From Thermoanaerobaculia bacterium (GTDB lineage Bacteria > Acidobacteriota > Thermoanaerobaculia > UBA5066 > Gp7-AA6): DNA of 64,000 nt. The stretch lies in the NCBI GenBank assembly GCA_035263845.1, contig DATFQY010000005.1, positions 6,770 through 70,769 on the forward strand, in the 5' to 3' direction. This document shows, one piece after another, positions 30,139 to 41,804 of the stretch (the first letter of the stretch is position 1; every line of letters begins with the position of its first letter). The position numbers were made by a program, and so were the translations under genes. The notes below the pieces were generated by a model, which saw nothing but the letters and a program-made list of their open reading frames with translations, had not been told where the DNA came from and ran no database searches.

Positions 30139-31145
30139 GGGGCTTTCTACTCTCCGTCGGGCTGGTGGCGGTCCTCTACACGCTCAACGCCGCCTTCACG
30201 GGAGGGCTCGGGCCGGCTTTGGCAATCTCGCCCTATTTTCTCCAGGTCATCTGCCTGGCCGGGATCAACGTCATCCTCGCCGTGAGCCTGAACCTCATCA
30301 ACGGTTTCACCGGGCAGTTTTCGATCGGCCACGCCGGCTTCATGGCGATCGGCGCATACGCCTCGGCGTTCGTCACGGTGACGTTCGGAGAAAAGGTCCG
30401 CTCGGCGCTCTCCTTCCTGCCGATGGAAGCGCGAAACGACATCCTGCTGGTCGTGGCCCTCGCCGTCGGAGCGGTGCTGGCGGCGGTCGCGGGATTCCTC
30501 GTGGGAGTGCCGTCGCTGCGCCTGCGCGGCGATTACCTCGCGATCGTGACCCTCGGGTTCGGCGAGATCATCCGGGTCTTCATCCTGAACATCGACGCCG
30601 TCGGCGGAGCGCGCGGCTACGCCGGAATCCCGAAGCTCGCGAACTTCTTCTGGATCTACTTTTTCGCTGCCGTGACGATCCTCATCGTCTACCGGATCGT
30701 CCGTTCCTCCTTCGGCCGCACGCTCGTTGCCATCCGCGAGGACGAGATCGCGGCGGAGGCCATGGGAGTGGATACGACACGAAGCAAGGTCATCTCGTTC
30801 GTCGTTTCTTCGGCGATGGCCGGAGTCGGCGGAGGGCTCTTTGGCCACTACCTGATGTACCTCCACACCAACTCCTTCACCTTCCTCAAGTCCATCGAGA
30901 TCATCATCATGATCGTCATCGGAGGGCTGGGCTCGATCACCGGCTCCGTGCTCGGCGCGGTCCTCTACATCGCGATGACCGAGGGGCTGCGGGAGGCAGC
31001 CCAGTACCGGATGATCCTCTTTTCGCTCCTGCTGATCGTGATCATGATCGTGCGCCCCCAGGGGATCCTGGGGCATCGCGAGTTCGCCTCTTTCCTGACG
31101 CGGCGGCGGAGGCTCCCGACGGTGCCCCCGGCCCCGATTCGCTGA
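30135..31145 (+). CDS. livM: Branched-chain amino acid ABC transporter permease LivM.
   Basis: The GTG start overlaps the livH stop. LivM-type permease, 336 aa. Confidence 0.85.
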   Translation: MRGFLLSVGLVAVLYTLNAAFTGGLGPALAISPYFLQVICLAGINVILAVSLNLINGFTGQFSIGHAGFMAIGAYASAFVTVTFGEKVRSALSFLPMEARNDILLVVALAVGAVLAAVAGFLVGVPSLRLRGDYLAIVTLGFGEIIRVFILNIDAVGGARGYAGIPKLANFFWIYFFAAVTILIVYRIVRSSFGRTLVAIREDEIAAEAMGVDTTRSKVISFVVSSAMAGVGGGLFGHYLMYLHTNSFTFLKSIEIIIMIVIGGLGSITGSVLGAVLYIAMTEGLREAAQYRMILFSLLLIVIMIVRPQGILGHREFASFLTRRRRLPTVPPAPIR

Positions 31146-31165
31146 GGTACTGAGGCACGGCGGCG

Positions 31166-31927
31166 ATGGCCCTCCTCGATCTCTCGAGCGTCACGATGCG
31201 GTTCGGCGGCCTGATCGCCGTCAACGAGCTGGATCTGCAGCTCGACGCCGGGCACCTCTACGGCCTGATCGGGCCCAACGGCGCGGGCAAGACGACCGTC
31301 TTCAACGTGATCACCGGCGTCTACACGCCGACCTCCGGGAAGATCCGCTTCAACGGAGCGGAGATCGGCGGGCAGAAGACCGTTCGGATCACCCGCCGCG
31401 GCATCGCGAGGACCTTTCAGAACATCCGTCTCTTCGGGGACATGAGCGTGGTGGACAACGTCAAGGTCGCCTTCCACTGCCGCCAGGGGGCCGACGTCGG
31501 GGCGGCGGTGCTTCGGTCGCCCAAACACTCCTCGGAGGAGGCCCGGGTGGAACGGGAGAGCCTCGAGCTCCTGAAGATCTTCCGCCTCGAGTCCCTCGCC
31601 GGCGAGAAGGCCCGGAACCTCCCGTACGGAAGCCAGCGGCGGCTGGAGATCGCCCGGGCGATGGCGACGTCGCCGAAGCTGCTGCTGCTCGACGAGCCGG
31701 CGGCCGGGATGAACCCGCATGAGGCGCAGGAGCTGATGGACCTGATCCGCTGGGTCCGGGACCGCTTCGGGATGGCGATCCTGCTCGTCGAGCACAACAT
31801 GAAGGTCGTCATGGGGATCTGCGAGATCGTGCACGTGCTCGACTACGGTTCGACGGTCGCGATCGGCAAGCCCGCCGAGATCCAGGCCAACCCGGAAGTC
31901 ATCGAGGCCTACCTGGGAGGCGCATGA
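31166..31927 (+). CDS. livG: Branched-chain amino acid ABC transporter ATP-binding protein LivG.
   Basis: Walker A GPNGAGKTT, ABC signature, and the LivG-type C-terminus NPEVIEAYLG. Confidence 0.9.
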   Translation: MALLDLSSVTMRFGGLIAVNELDLQLDAGHLYGLIGPNGAGKTTVFNVITGVYTPTSGKIRFNGAEIGGQKTVRITRRGIARTFQNIRLFGDMSVVDNVKVAFHCRQGADVGAAVLRSPKHSSEEARVERESLELLKIFRLESLAGEKARNLPYGSQRRLEIARAMATSPKLLLLDEPAAGMNPHEAQELMDLIRWVRDRFGMAILLVEHNMKVVMGICEIVHVLDYGSTVAIGKPAEIQANPEVIEAYLGGA

Positions 31928-32658
31928 GCGCCGCACCGTCGGGCTCCGGAGCGCCCCTCCTCGAAATCCGGGACCTGCGTGTCTCCTACGGCGCGATCGA
32001 GGCCCTCAAGGGGATCTCGCTGACGCTATCGGCCGGGGAGATCGTCACGCTGATCGGCGCCAACGGCGCGGGCAAGTCCACGACGCTGCGGACGATCATG
32101 GGGCTCGTTCCGGCGGCAAGCGGCGAGATCCGCTTTCACGGGGAGACAATCCGCTCGACGCCGACCTTCAAGCTCGTCCGCCGCGGCCTGATCCTGGTGC
32201 CGGAAGGTCGGGCGATCTTCGCGAATCTTTCCGTGCGGGAGAACCTCGAGATGGGCGCCTACTCGCGGCGCGACGGCGACACGTCGAAGGACTTCGAGAA
32301 GGTCTTCACGATCTTCCCGAGGCTGAAGGAGCGGGAGAAGCAGACGGGTGGCACCCTCTCCGGGGGGGAGCAGCAGATGCTCGCGATCGGGCGGGCGCTG
32401 ATGTCGCGGCCGAAGGTCCTCCTCCTGGATGAGCCTTCCCTGGGGCTCGCCCCGATCCTGGTGCACACGATCTTCGAGGCGATCGAGGAAATCCACCGGC
32501 AGGGCACGCCGGTGCTCCTGGTCGAGCAGAACGCCATGGCCGCCCTGAAGCACTCCAACCGCGCCTACGTCCTGGAAACAGGCTCGGTCTTCCTGGAAGG
32601 CTCCTCGGCGGAGGTCGCGGCCAACCCCCGGGTCAAGTCCGCCTACCTCGGCGAGTAG
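31924..32658 (+). CDS. livF: Branched-chain amino acid ABC transporter ATP-binding protein LivF.
   Basis: Walker A GANGAGKST, signature LSGGEQQML, Walker B LLLDEPS. The start overlaps the livG stop. Confidence 0.9.
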   Translation: MSAAPSGSGAPLLEIRDLRVSYGAIEALKGISLTLSAGEIVTLIGANGAGKSTTLRTIMGLVPAASGEIRFHGETIRSTPTFKLVRRGLILVPEGRAIFANLSVRENLEMGAYSRRDGDTSKDFEKVFTIFPRLKEREKQTGGTLSGGEQQMLAIGRALMSRPKVLLLDEPSLGLAPILVHTIFEAIEEIHRQGTPVLLVEQNAMAALKHSNRAYVLETGSVFLEGSSAEVAANPRVKSAYLGE

Positions 32659-32731
32659 CCCTCCCCAGGGACACACCCGGGGGGGCCCGGGGATAAGATT
32701 TCGACAACTCCTGAAGAGAAACGCAGGGAGG

Positions 32732-35700
32732 GTGTTGAACTTCGAAGCAGCCGAAGAGGCTTTCCGCGGCACCTCCCGGTTCGAGCTTCGCCGCCGCCTG
32801 GGGGCTGGCGCCTTCGGGGTGGTCTACGAAGCCTTCGACCGGGAGCGAGGCACGTCGGTCGCTCTGAAGACGCTGCGGCGGACCGGCGAGGAGGCGCTCT
32901 ACCGCCTGAAGCGCGAGTTCCGCTCGCTCGCCGACATCGCGCATCCCAACCTCGCGGCTCTCTACGAGCTCCTCTCGGACGGCGACCAGTGGTTCTTCAC
33001 GATGGAGCTCGTCAGCGGCCGGGCGTTCCTCGACTACGTCTGCGGCGCCGAGGAGGGCGCGCCGGCGGTCCTGGAATCGGCCGAGAGCGTAGATCCCGCG
33101 GCGGACACGGCGACGTTCGCGGGGGGCGTGGAAGGAGCGGCGGCGATTGCAGCGCGGACGGCGGCGCCGCGGGCGGCCCGTTTCGACGTCGCGCGTCTCC
33201 ACGCGGCCCTCCGGCAGGCCGCGACGGGCATCCTCGCGCTCCACGCGGCCGGGAAGCTTCACCGCGACATCAAGTCCTCCAACGTCCTCGTCACGGGATC
33301 GGGCCGCGTCGTGCTCCTCGATTTCGGTCTCGTGACGGAAGCGAGCCTGGCCGACAGCGACGAGAGCATGGCGATGGCCGGGACGCCCAGCTACATGTCG
33401 CCGGAGCAGGCCGCCGGCAACCCGGTGACGGAGGCCAGCGACTGGTACAGCTTCGGCGTGATGCTGTACGAAGCCCTGACGGGCCGGAGCCCGTTCGCCG
33501 GCCGGAGCGCCGAGATCATGCGGGAGAAGCAGCGGCACGAGCCCCGCCGGCCGGGCGAGCTCGTCCCCGGTCTCCCGCAGAACCTCGAAAGCCTCTGCGT
33601 CGAGCTCCTGCGGCGCGACCCGCTGCGCCGGCCTTCCGGGGTCGAGATCGTCCGCCGGCTCGGCGGCGAGCCTCATGCGCTCTCGGAGGGCGGATCGGAG
33701 CTGCGCGCCGCTCCGTTCGTCGGCCGCAGCGCGGAACTCGCCAGGCTCGAGGACGCCTGGCGCGAGGCGGAGCGGGGCCATTCCGTCACGGTCGCTCTCC
33801 ACGGAGGATCGGGGATGGGAAAGACCGCGCTGGCCAGGCGGTTCCTCGACTCGCTCCCCGAACAGATCGTCGTGCTGGCGGGCCGCTGCTTCGAACGGGA
33901 ATCGGTGCCGTACAAGGCCCTCGACAGCCTGATGGACGTCGTCAGCCGCCACCTGAAGCTGCTGCCGGACTCGCGAGCCGAGGCGCTGCTGCCCCGCGAC
34001 GTCCTCGCGCTCGCGCGCCTCTTCCCGGTTCTCCGGAGGGTCGCGGCGGTCGCCGGCGCGCGGCGGCGCGTCCTCGACATCCTCGACGCGCACGAGCTGC
34101 GCCGCCGCGCCTTCGCCGCGTTCCGCGAGCTGATGACGAGGCTTTCCGAAGAGGGCCCGCTGATCATTTTCATCGACGACCTGCACTGGGGGGACGTGGA
34201 CAGCGCCGCTCTGCTGGAGGAGCTCATGCGTCCTCCGGATCCGCCGCCGCTGCTGCTCGTCCTCGCCTACCGCAGCGAAGAGGCCGGCACGAGCCCTCTC
34301 TTGCGGAGGCTTCTCCAATCGAGGCTCGGCTGCGAGCGCTGGCGGGAGATCGAGGTTCAGCCGCTCGACCCGCCGCTGGCCCGCGATCTCGCCCGGGCTC
34401 TGCTGGCCGGGACGCGCCGCGAAAGCGAGAGCCTGGCCGAGACCGTCGCACGCGAGTCCGCCGGCAACCCGTTCTTCCTTTCGGAGCTCGTCCGGTCCGT
34501 CCCGCAGTGGAAGCACCCACCGGCCTCGTCGGCCGACAGCGGTGCCTCCGTCGTCACCCTGGACGGCGTGATCCGGTCGAGGGTCGAGCGGCTCTCCCCG
34601 GCCGCGAAGCGGTTTCTGGAAGTGGTCGCGGTCGCCGGGCGCCCGCTGCCGTTCACCGTCGCCCAGGAAGCCGCGGACCCCGCCGCTCGGGAGAACGTCA
34701 TCGACATCCTCCGGATCGCTCACCTGATCCGGACGCGCGAGTCCGAGACCCGAGAGGAGATCGAGACCTACCACGACCGGATCCGGGAGGCGGTCGTCGC
34801 GGCGATCTCCGAAAAGGAGCTCGAGGCCTGCCACCGGCGCCTGGCGCTCGCCCTGGAAACCTCGGGCCACGTCGACCCGGAATGGCTCGCGATTCACTGG
34901 AAGGGAGCGAAGGACTTCGCCCGGGCGGCGGAGCATGCCGCGGCGGCCGCGCGCCAGGCGTCTGAGTCGCTGGCGTTCGATCGCGCGGCCCGACTCTACC
35001 AGCTCGCGCTGGAGCTCTCGACCTCCCCGGATCCCGCGACGCGCCGCTCCCTCCAGACGAGCCTCGCGGACTCCCTGGCGAACGCCGGCCGCGGGGCCGA
35101 AGCCGCGGAGTCGTACCTCTCGGCGGCGCGGGGAGCTCCCACGGGGGAGTCGCTCGAGCTCCAGCGGCTCGCCGCCGAGCAGCTCCTGCGGAGCGGACGC
35201 ATCGACCAGGGTTTCCCGGTCCTGCGCGCCGTGCTCGCCGAGGTCGGCCTCCGCTATCCGAGGACGACCCTCGGCTCGATCCTCTCGTTTCTGTACCACC
35301 GGCTCCGGATCCGCTTCCGAGGCCTCGAATTCCGAGAGAGGGACGCCTCGCAGATCAGCCCCGAGCGGTTGATCCGCATCGACACCTGCTGGTCCGTCTC
35401 CTTTGGGCTGAGCATGATCGACACGATCCGCGGCCGGGATTTCCAGGCCCTTCACCTTCTGCTGGCGCTGCAGGCGGGCGAGCCCTACCGCATCGCTCGC
35501 GCCGTCGCGATCGAGGCTGGCTACTCGGCCACCGGAGGGCCGCCCAACGCGCGCCGCACGGCGGAGCTCGTGGAGAAGTCCACGTCGCTGGCCGAGAGGG
35601 TCGGCCACCCCCAGGCGATCGGCGTGGCCCAGGTTGCCGTGGGGATCACGGCGATCGCGGAGGGGCGGTGGAAGGCGTCCTGGGAGCTCGCTCAAAAGGG

Positions 35701-36526
35701 CGAGACGATCCTGCGGGAACGATGCACGGGAGTCTCCTGGCAGCTGGACACCACGCACATCTATTCCCTGCGGGACCTCTTCTACATGGGAGAGATCGCC
35801 GAGCTCTCTTTCCGCCTGCCGATGCTCCTGCGCGAGGCGAAGGAGCGCGACGACCTGTTCGCGGAGACGAGCCTGCGCAGCCGCCACGGTTACGTCGCGC
35901 TTCTCGCGGCCGGCGAGCCCGCGAAGGCGAGGCGGGAGCTGAAGGATTCGATCGCGCGCTGGTCGAGCCGGGGCTTCTACATGCAGCACTACTTCGCGCT
36001 CGTCGCCGACGCGGACATCGCCCTCTACGCCCGCGAGCCGGACGCCGCGGGACGGGTCCTCGAGGAGACTTTGCCAGCCCTGAAGGGCTCGCGTCTGATG
36101 CGCGTCCATCACCTCCGGGTCGAGTGGCTCCACCTGCGGGCCCGCGCGATGGTAGGGCGGGCCGCGGCGGCCGCGACGAAGGAGGCGGCCGAGCCGCTGC
36201 TTCGCGAGGCCGAGAAGATGGCGCGCCGGCTCGGTCGCGAGCGCGTGCACTGGGCCGACGCCCTCGCGGCCCTGATCCGGGCGGGTATCGCGTCCTGCCG
36301 CGGAGACCCGCAGGCGGTTGCCCGGTCGCTCGGCTTCGCCGTGAGCGTCTTCGCGTTCGCCGACATGGCCCTCTACGCCGCGGTCGGCCGCCGCCGCCTG
36401 GGGGCCCTCTTGGGAGGGGAGAAGGGGCGCCGGCTCGTGGAGTCGGCGGACGCCTGGATGCGCGGCGAGAAGATCCAGGCTCCCGCGAGCTTCGCGGACA
36501 TGCTCGCGCCGGGGAAATGGGAGTGA
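32732..36526 (+). CDS. Large (1264 aa) Ser/Thr protein kinase fused to a STAND/AAA+ NTPase and a TPR-like helical repeat region.
   Basis: Kinase motifs GAGAFGVVYEA, HRDIKSSNVLV, DFG, SYMSPE. A P-loop NTPase follows (HGGSGMGKTALARRF and a hhhhDDLHWGD Walker B-like motif), then a long alpha-helical repeat C-terminus. Confidence 0.8.
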   Translation: MLNFEAAEEAFRGTSRFELRRRLGAGAFGVVYEAFDRERGTSVALKTLRRTGEEALYRLKREFRSLADIAHPNLAALYELLSDGDQWFFTMELVSGRAFLDYVCGAEEGAPAVLESAESVDPAADTATFAGGVEGAAAIAARTAAPRAARFDVARLHAALRQAATGILALHAAGKLHRDIKSSNVLVTGSGRVVLLDFGLVTEASLADSDESMAMAGTPSYMSPEQAAGNPVTEASDWYSFGVMLYEALTGRSPFAGRSAEIMREKQRHEPRRPGELVPGLPQNLESLCVELLRRDPLRRPSGVEIVRRLGGEPHALSEGGSELRAAPFVGRSAELARLEDAWREAERGHSVTVALHGGSGMGKTALARRFLDSLPEQIVVLAGRCFERESVPYKALDSLMDVVSRHLKLLPDSRAEALLPRDVLALARLFPVLRRVAAVAGARRRVLDILDAHELRRRAFAAFRELMTRLSEEGPLIIFIDDLHWGDVDSAALLEELMRPPDPPPLLLVLAYRSEEAGTSPLLRRLLQSRLGCERWREIEVQPLDPPLARDLARALLAGTRRESESLAETVARESAGNPFFLSELVRSVPQWKHPPASSADSGASVVTLDGVIRSRVERLSPAAKRFLEVVAVAGRPLPFTVAQEAADPAARENVIDILRIAHLIRTRESETREEIETYHDRIREAVVAAISEKELEACHRRLALALETSGHVDPEWLAIHWKGAKDFARAAEHAAAAARQASESLAFDRAARLYQLALELSTSPDPATRRSLQTSLADSLANAGRGAEAAESYLSAARGAPTGESLELQRLAAEQLLRSGRIDQGFPVLRAVLAEVGLRYPRTTLGSILSFLYHRLRIRFRGLEFRERDASQISPERLIRIDTCWSVSFGLSMIDTIRGRDFQALHLLLALQAGEPYRIARAVAIEAGYSATGGPPNARRTAELVEKSTSLAERVGHPQAIGVAQVAVGITAIAEGRWKASWELAQKGETILRERCTGVSWQLDTTHIYSLRDLFYMGEIAELSFRLPMLLREAKERDDLFAETSLRSRHGYVALLAAGEPAKARRELKDSIARWSSRGFYMQHYFALVADADIALYAREPDAAGRVLEETLPALKGSRLMRVHHLRVEWLHLRARAMVGRAAAAATKEAAEPLLREAEKMARRLGRERVHWADALAALIRAGIASCRGDPQAVARSLGFAVSVFAFADMALYAAVGRRRLGALLGGEKGRRLVESADAWMRGEKIQAPASFADMLAPGKWE

Positions 36527-36535
36527 GGCGGGCTC

Positions 36536-38095
36536 GTGCGTAGGCTTCGCGTCGGCGTCGTGGACCTGGTCGCCCGCGGCCCGCGGCGCGCGCTCTACGC
36601 CCGCGTGATGAACGCCAACCTCGCGAGCATCATGCCTCAGGCGGTCGCCGCGTGGTGCGAAGCGGAGGGCCACGACGTCGCGTTTCGCAGTTACACGGGC
36701 TTCGAGGACCTGCCTTCGGAGCTGCCGGACGGGCTCGACCTCGTCTTCGTCGGAGCGTTCACCGAGGCCGCCCTGCTCGCCTACGCCCTATCCAACTTCC
36801 TCCGGTCCCGCGGAGCGATCACGGTCCTCGGAGGCCCTCACGCGCGCTCTTACCCCGAAGACGCGCGGAAGTACTTCGACTACGTCGTCGGCTTCACCGA
36901 CCGGGCGCTCGTCTCCGAGATCCTCCGGGATTGCCGCGGGCACCGCCCGCTCGGGGTCTCGCTTTCGGCGCGGCGCCAGCCGTCGTCCCTGCCCGGCGTG
37001 AGGGAGCGCTGGAAGTTCATCCGGAGCAACCTGCGCAAGGCGTCCTTCTTCCAAATGGTGCCGATGCTGGGAAGCCTCGGCTGCCCGTACACCTGCAGCT
37101 TCTGCGTCGATTCCGTGGTGCCGTACCAACCGCTCGACCTCGGCGAGCTCTCTGAGGACCTGCGCTTCCTGGCGCGGACGATGCGGCGGCCGCGAGTGGG
37201 TTGGTTCGATCCGAACTTCGGCGTTCGCTTCGACGACTACCTCGACGCGATCGACGCGGCGGTCCCGCCCGGGACGATCCAGTTCCTGGCGGAGAGCAGC
37301 CTCTCCCTGCTGTCCGAGCCCCACGTCGAGCGCCTCGCGCGGAGCGGCTTCCAGGCGCTTCTGCCCGGCGTCGAGTCGTGGTACGAGCTCGGGAACAAGT
37401 CGAGGACCGGCTCGCTCGTGGGCATGGAGAAGGTCCGGCAGGTCTCCGACCATGTCAACGGAATCCTCCGCCGCATCCCGTACGTTCAGACCAACTTCGT
37501 GCTCGGGCTCGACTCCGACTCCGGCCCGGAGCCGTTCGAGCTGACCCGGAGCTTCGTGGACAGGACTCCCGGCGCCTTCCCCGGCTATTCGCTGCTCTCC
37601 GCGTTCGGGGAGTCCGCGCCCGTCAACCGGGAGTACCAGCAGGCCAACCGCGTGCTGCCGTTCCCCTTCAGTTTCCTCGACAACCACAGCGCGATGAACA
37701 TCCGTCCGAAGAACTACGGCTGGTCCGAGTTCTACGACGCGGTCATCCATCTCTCGCGCCACACCTTCTCGGCGCGGGCCATCACACGGCGTTTCCGCGC
37801 GGTCCGCGGGGCGCTTCCGCGGTGGATGAACGTCCTCCGGGCAGTCTCCTCGGAGGGGTGGGGCCGGATCGCCCGGTTCCGGGAGATTCGCCGCCGGCTC
37901 GATACCGACCCCGAGATGAGGCGGTTTTTCGAGCAGGAGACGACGGAGATTCCGTCCTTTTACGTCGATCGGATCCGCCGCGACCTCGGGCCTTTCTGGG
38001 ACTGGCTGCCCGCCGGCGCGCTCTCGCACGACCCGAACACCTCGCGGAGGCCCGCGAGGAAAGAAGTCCCCGCGGTCCCCGAGGCGGCGACATGA
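36536..38095 (+). CDS. B12-binding-domain radical SAM protein (class B radical SAM).
   Basis: An N-terminal Rossmann-like cobalamin-binding-type domain is followed by the CxxxCxxC motif GCPYTCSFC. 519 aa. It starts 10 nt after the kinase stop. Confidence 0.8.
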   Translation: MRRLRVGVVDLVARGPRRALYARVMNANLASIMPQAVAAWCEAEGHDVAFRSYTGFEDLPSELPDGLDLVFVGAFTEAALLAYALSNFLRSRGAITVLGGPHARSYPEDARKYFDYVVGFTDRALVSEILRDCRGHRPLGVSLSARRQPSSLPGVRERWKFIRSNLRKASFFQMVPMLGSLGCPYTCSFCVDSVVPYQPLDLGELSEDLRFLARTMRRPRVGWFDPNFGVRFDDYLDAIDAAVPPGTIQFLAESSLSLLSEPHVERLARSGFQALLPGVESWYELGNKSRTGSLVGMEKVRQVSDHVNGILRRIPYVQTNFVLGLDSDSGPEPFELTRSFVDRTPGAFPGYSLLSAFGESAPVNREYQQANRVLPFPFSFLDNHSAMNIRPKNYGWSEFYDAVIHLSRHTFSARAITRRFRAVRGALPRWMNVLRAVSSEGWGRIARFREIRRRLDTDPEMRRFFEQETTEIPSFYVDRIRRDLGPFWDWLPAGALSHDPNTSRRPARKEVPAVPEAAT

Positions 38096-38109
38096 AAGGA
38101 GTCGGCCTC

Positions 38110-40480
38110 ATGAAGCGAACCGTCGTCTGCCTGGCTCTGTCGTTCCTGATGCTTGCCCCGAGCGCTCGGGCGCAGCAGGCGCAGTCTCACGACCTGCGGC
38201 AGCCATGCCCGGCTGGCTACATGAAGGGCGGCAAGCAGTGCGACCGGCTCGATCGTCTGACGACCCGCGCGTACCAGGTGGAGATCCCCTCCTGTCCCGC
38301 GGGCAGTTGCGTGCTCGAGGCGGGAGCGGCGCGAGTGGACATCACGCCGCCTCCGGGGTTCCCGATGGGAGGAAACGGTTTCCCGGCGCAATTCGGCAGG
38401 GGCTACTGGAGCCGCCTCTACGCCCGAGCGTTCTTCTTTCGGGACAGCCGGAAGCAGACGCTGGCGCTCGTTTCGTGCGACCTGGGAGCCATGTCCTCGG
38501 GGCTCCAGGCGAGAGTCGCGGAGCTCCTTCAGAAGAGCAAGCGCCCCCTGCACATCACGCGCGACAACCTGGTCCTCTCCGCCACGCACGTCCACCACGG
38601 GCCGGGCAACTTCATGTCTTTCAAGCTCTACAACGACATGGGATCGCGGATGAAAGGCTTCGACCGGCAGCTCTTCGAGATGCTGGCAAGCCGGATCAAG
38701 ACGGCAGTGGAGAAAGCCGAGGCCAACGCCATACCGGCGAAGATCGTCCTGAAAGAGGGCGAGGTCGGCGATCTGCTGCGCAATCGCGCGGTCGAGCCCT
38801 TCCTGCTCAACCTGGACCGCGATGCGGTGCTCAAGGATGGCCCCGTGTATCCCTGCAATCCGCCCGGTCCCGGCTGCCCGTGTCCGGCCGGAGACCCTTA
38901 CCGCAAGGAGTGTCCGCGTTACCGCGCCGTGGATCCCAGGATCTCCGTCCTCGAGATTCGACCGGGGGGCGGAACCGAGGCCTCCGCTTCGCTGGTCTTC
39001 CTCTCGGTCCACCCCGAGGCGATGTCGCACGAGACCCAGCTCTACCAGTCCGATTTCACCGGGCTCGCGATGGCTCTCCTCGAGAAGGACCACAACGGCG
39101 ACGTCGTCGACGGACCCTACGTCTCGGGTTTCTTCAACGGCGCGGAAGGCGACATCTCGGTGCGGTGGGACAAGCAGAACCGCATCGAGGCCGTGCAATT
39201 CGCGACGTCTCTTCATCAGACCATCCAGGGGAAATTGAAAGAGACGTTTACGGTCGGCCCCGACGCGGTCATCGGGCTCGCCCGGGCCGAGCTGTCGTCC
39301 AACTGCTACTTCGCGCAATACCATTCCCAGCGCGAGCAGTACCTGAAGGGTTGCTACGGCCCCGACGGGCCGTGCATCTCCGGCAGGCCCCTTTACGGCG
39401 TGGCGACCCTGGGAGGAGCGGAGGACTCGCGTTCCCCGCTCTTCGAGCTGGGCTGGAACAGCGGTCATCGCGTGCCGCCGCGCGACGAGCAGGGCGTCAA
39501 GCAGGGGGCCCTGGAGTCGGACTTCCTCCCGAATCCGTTCAAGAAGAAGGACCTCCTGGACCTGACCAACCTCATCGGCCCCCCCTGCTACTACCCCGAG
39601 CGGATTCCCGCGACATTGGCACGAATCCAGAGCTCGACCGGAACGCTCTGGCTCGGCGCCTTTCCAGGGGAGCCGACCCGAACGGTCTGGCGGCGCATCG
39701 AGAAGGCTCTCGTGAACCCGCTGCCGGCAAACAACCGGATCCTCCCGGTCGGGATCGCCAACGAGTACATCGGCTACGTTACGACGCGCGAGGAGTTCGC
39801 GGCCCAATACTACGAGGGCGCCTCGAACGTCTTCGGTCCAGAGACAGCGGAGCTGCTCGGAAACGTCTTCAAGGACCTCGCGTCAGACCTTCACGATCCC
39901 GTGAGCGCGAATCACCGGCGGGTGGATGCGGGCGTCTTCTTCCCGGAGGCCTGGTGCTCGGGGAGCACGTTCGGTCCCGACGGGGATTGGATGCGGGCGG
40001 CCCACGGTGACGACGACGAGGCGCTGGAGAACCTGATCGTGGATCCCGACGGCAAGCCCGAGCGGCACTGGCCGCGCTTCCAGTGGCAAGAACGCGGGGA
40101 AGGCGACGTCGCGAAGGAGTGGGACAGCGCCAGGTTCGTCGAGATCGTGGACGCCTCGAGCAAGACGCGATTCGAGGACGAGAGGGGAGGCAACATCCTC
40201 ACGGTCGTCGTCAATCCCTGGGACAAACCCCCGGACCACCTGTGGGAGAGCTACCACCCATTGACCAGCAGTCTGCTCGACATGGTCTCCTGCCTCGTCA
40301 AGGTCCGGCCGAGCTACACCGCTGCCTCGCGCAAGTGGCAGGCCGTCTGGATCGGTAATCCCGCCGACCCGAAGTCCTACTACTTCCGCGTGACGCGCAA
40401 GGACGGAACCATGACCTGCTCGGAGGCCTTCACCGTCGGGAATGTCATGGCTCGCGACACGCCGGTAGTGAAACCCGCTC

Positions 40481-40494
<14 letters not shown>
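38110..40494 (+). CDS. Secreted neutral/alkaline ceramidase-family hydrolase.
   Basis: RBS AAAGGAG, then the signal peptide MKRTVVCLALSFLMLAPSARA. Motifs ARVDITPPPGFPMGG and LSATHVHHGPGNF match the neutral ceramidase N-terminal/zinc motifs (DITGP, THxHxGP). 794 aa. Confidence 0.7.
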
Positions 40495-41770
<1,276 letters not shown>

Positions 41771-41804
41771 GGCGGCCGTTCGTTTCCGGCGGGTTCCGGA
41801 TCGA

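Noticed and set aside
32659-32700. CCCGGG-gggg-CCCGGG self-complementary GC block after livF as a terminator.
   Set aside because: The stem is only 6 bp of pure G/C with no U-tract. It may simply be GC-rich spacer, so it was not listed as a feature.
32633-36673. 1346 aa ORF antisense to the STAND kinase gene.
   Set aside because: Its composition (R/G/P/A-rich, no motifs) is typical of an antisense high-GC frame. The plus-strand gene has unambiguous kinase and P-loop motifs.
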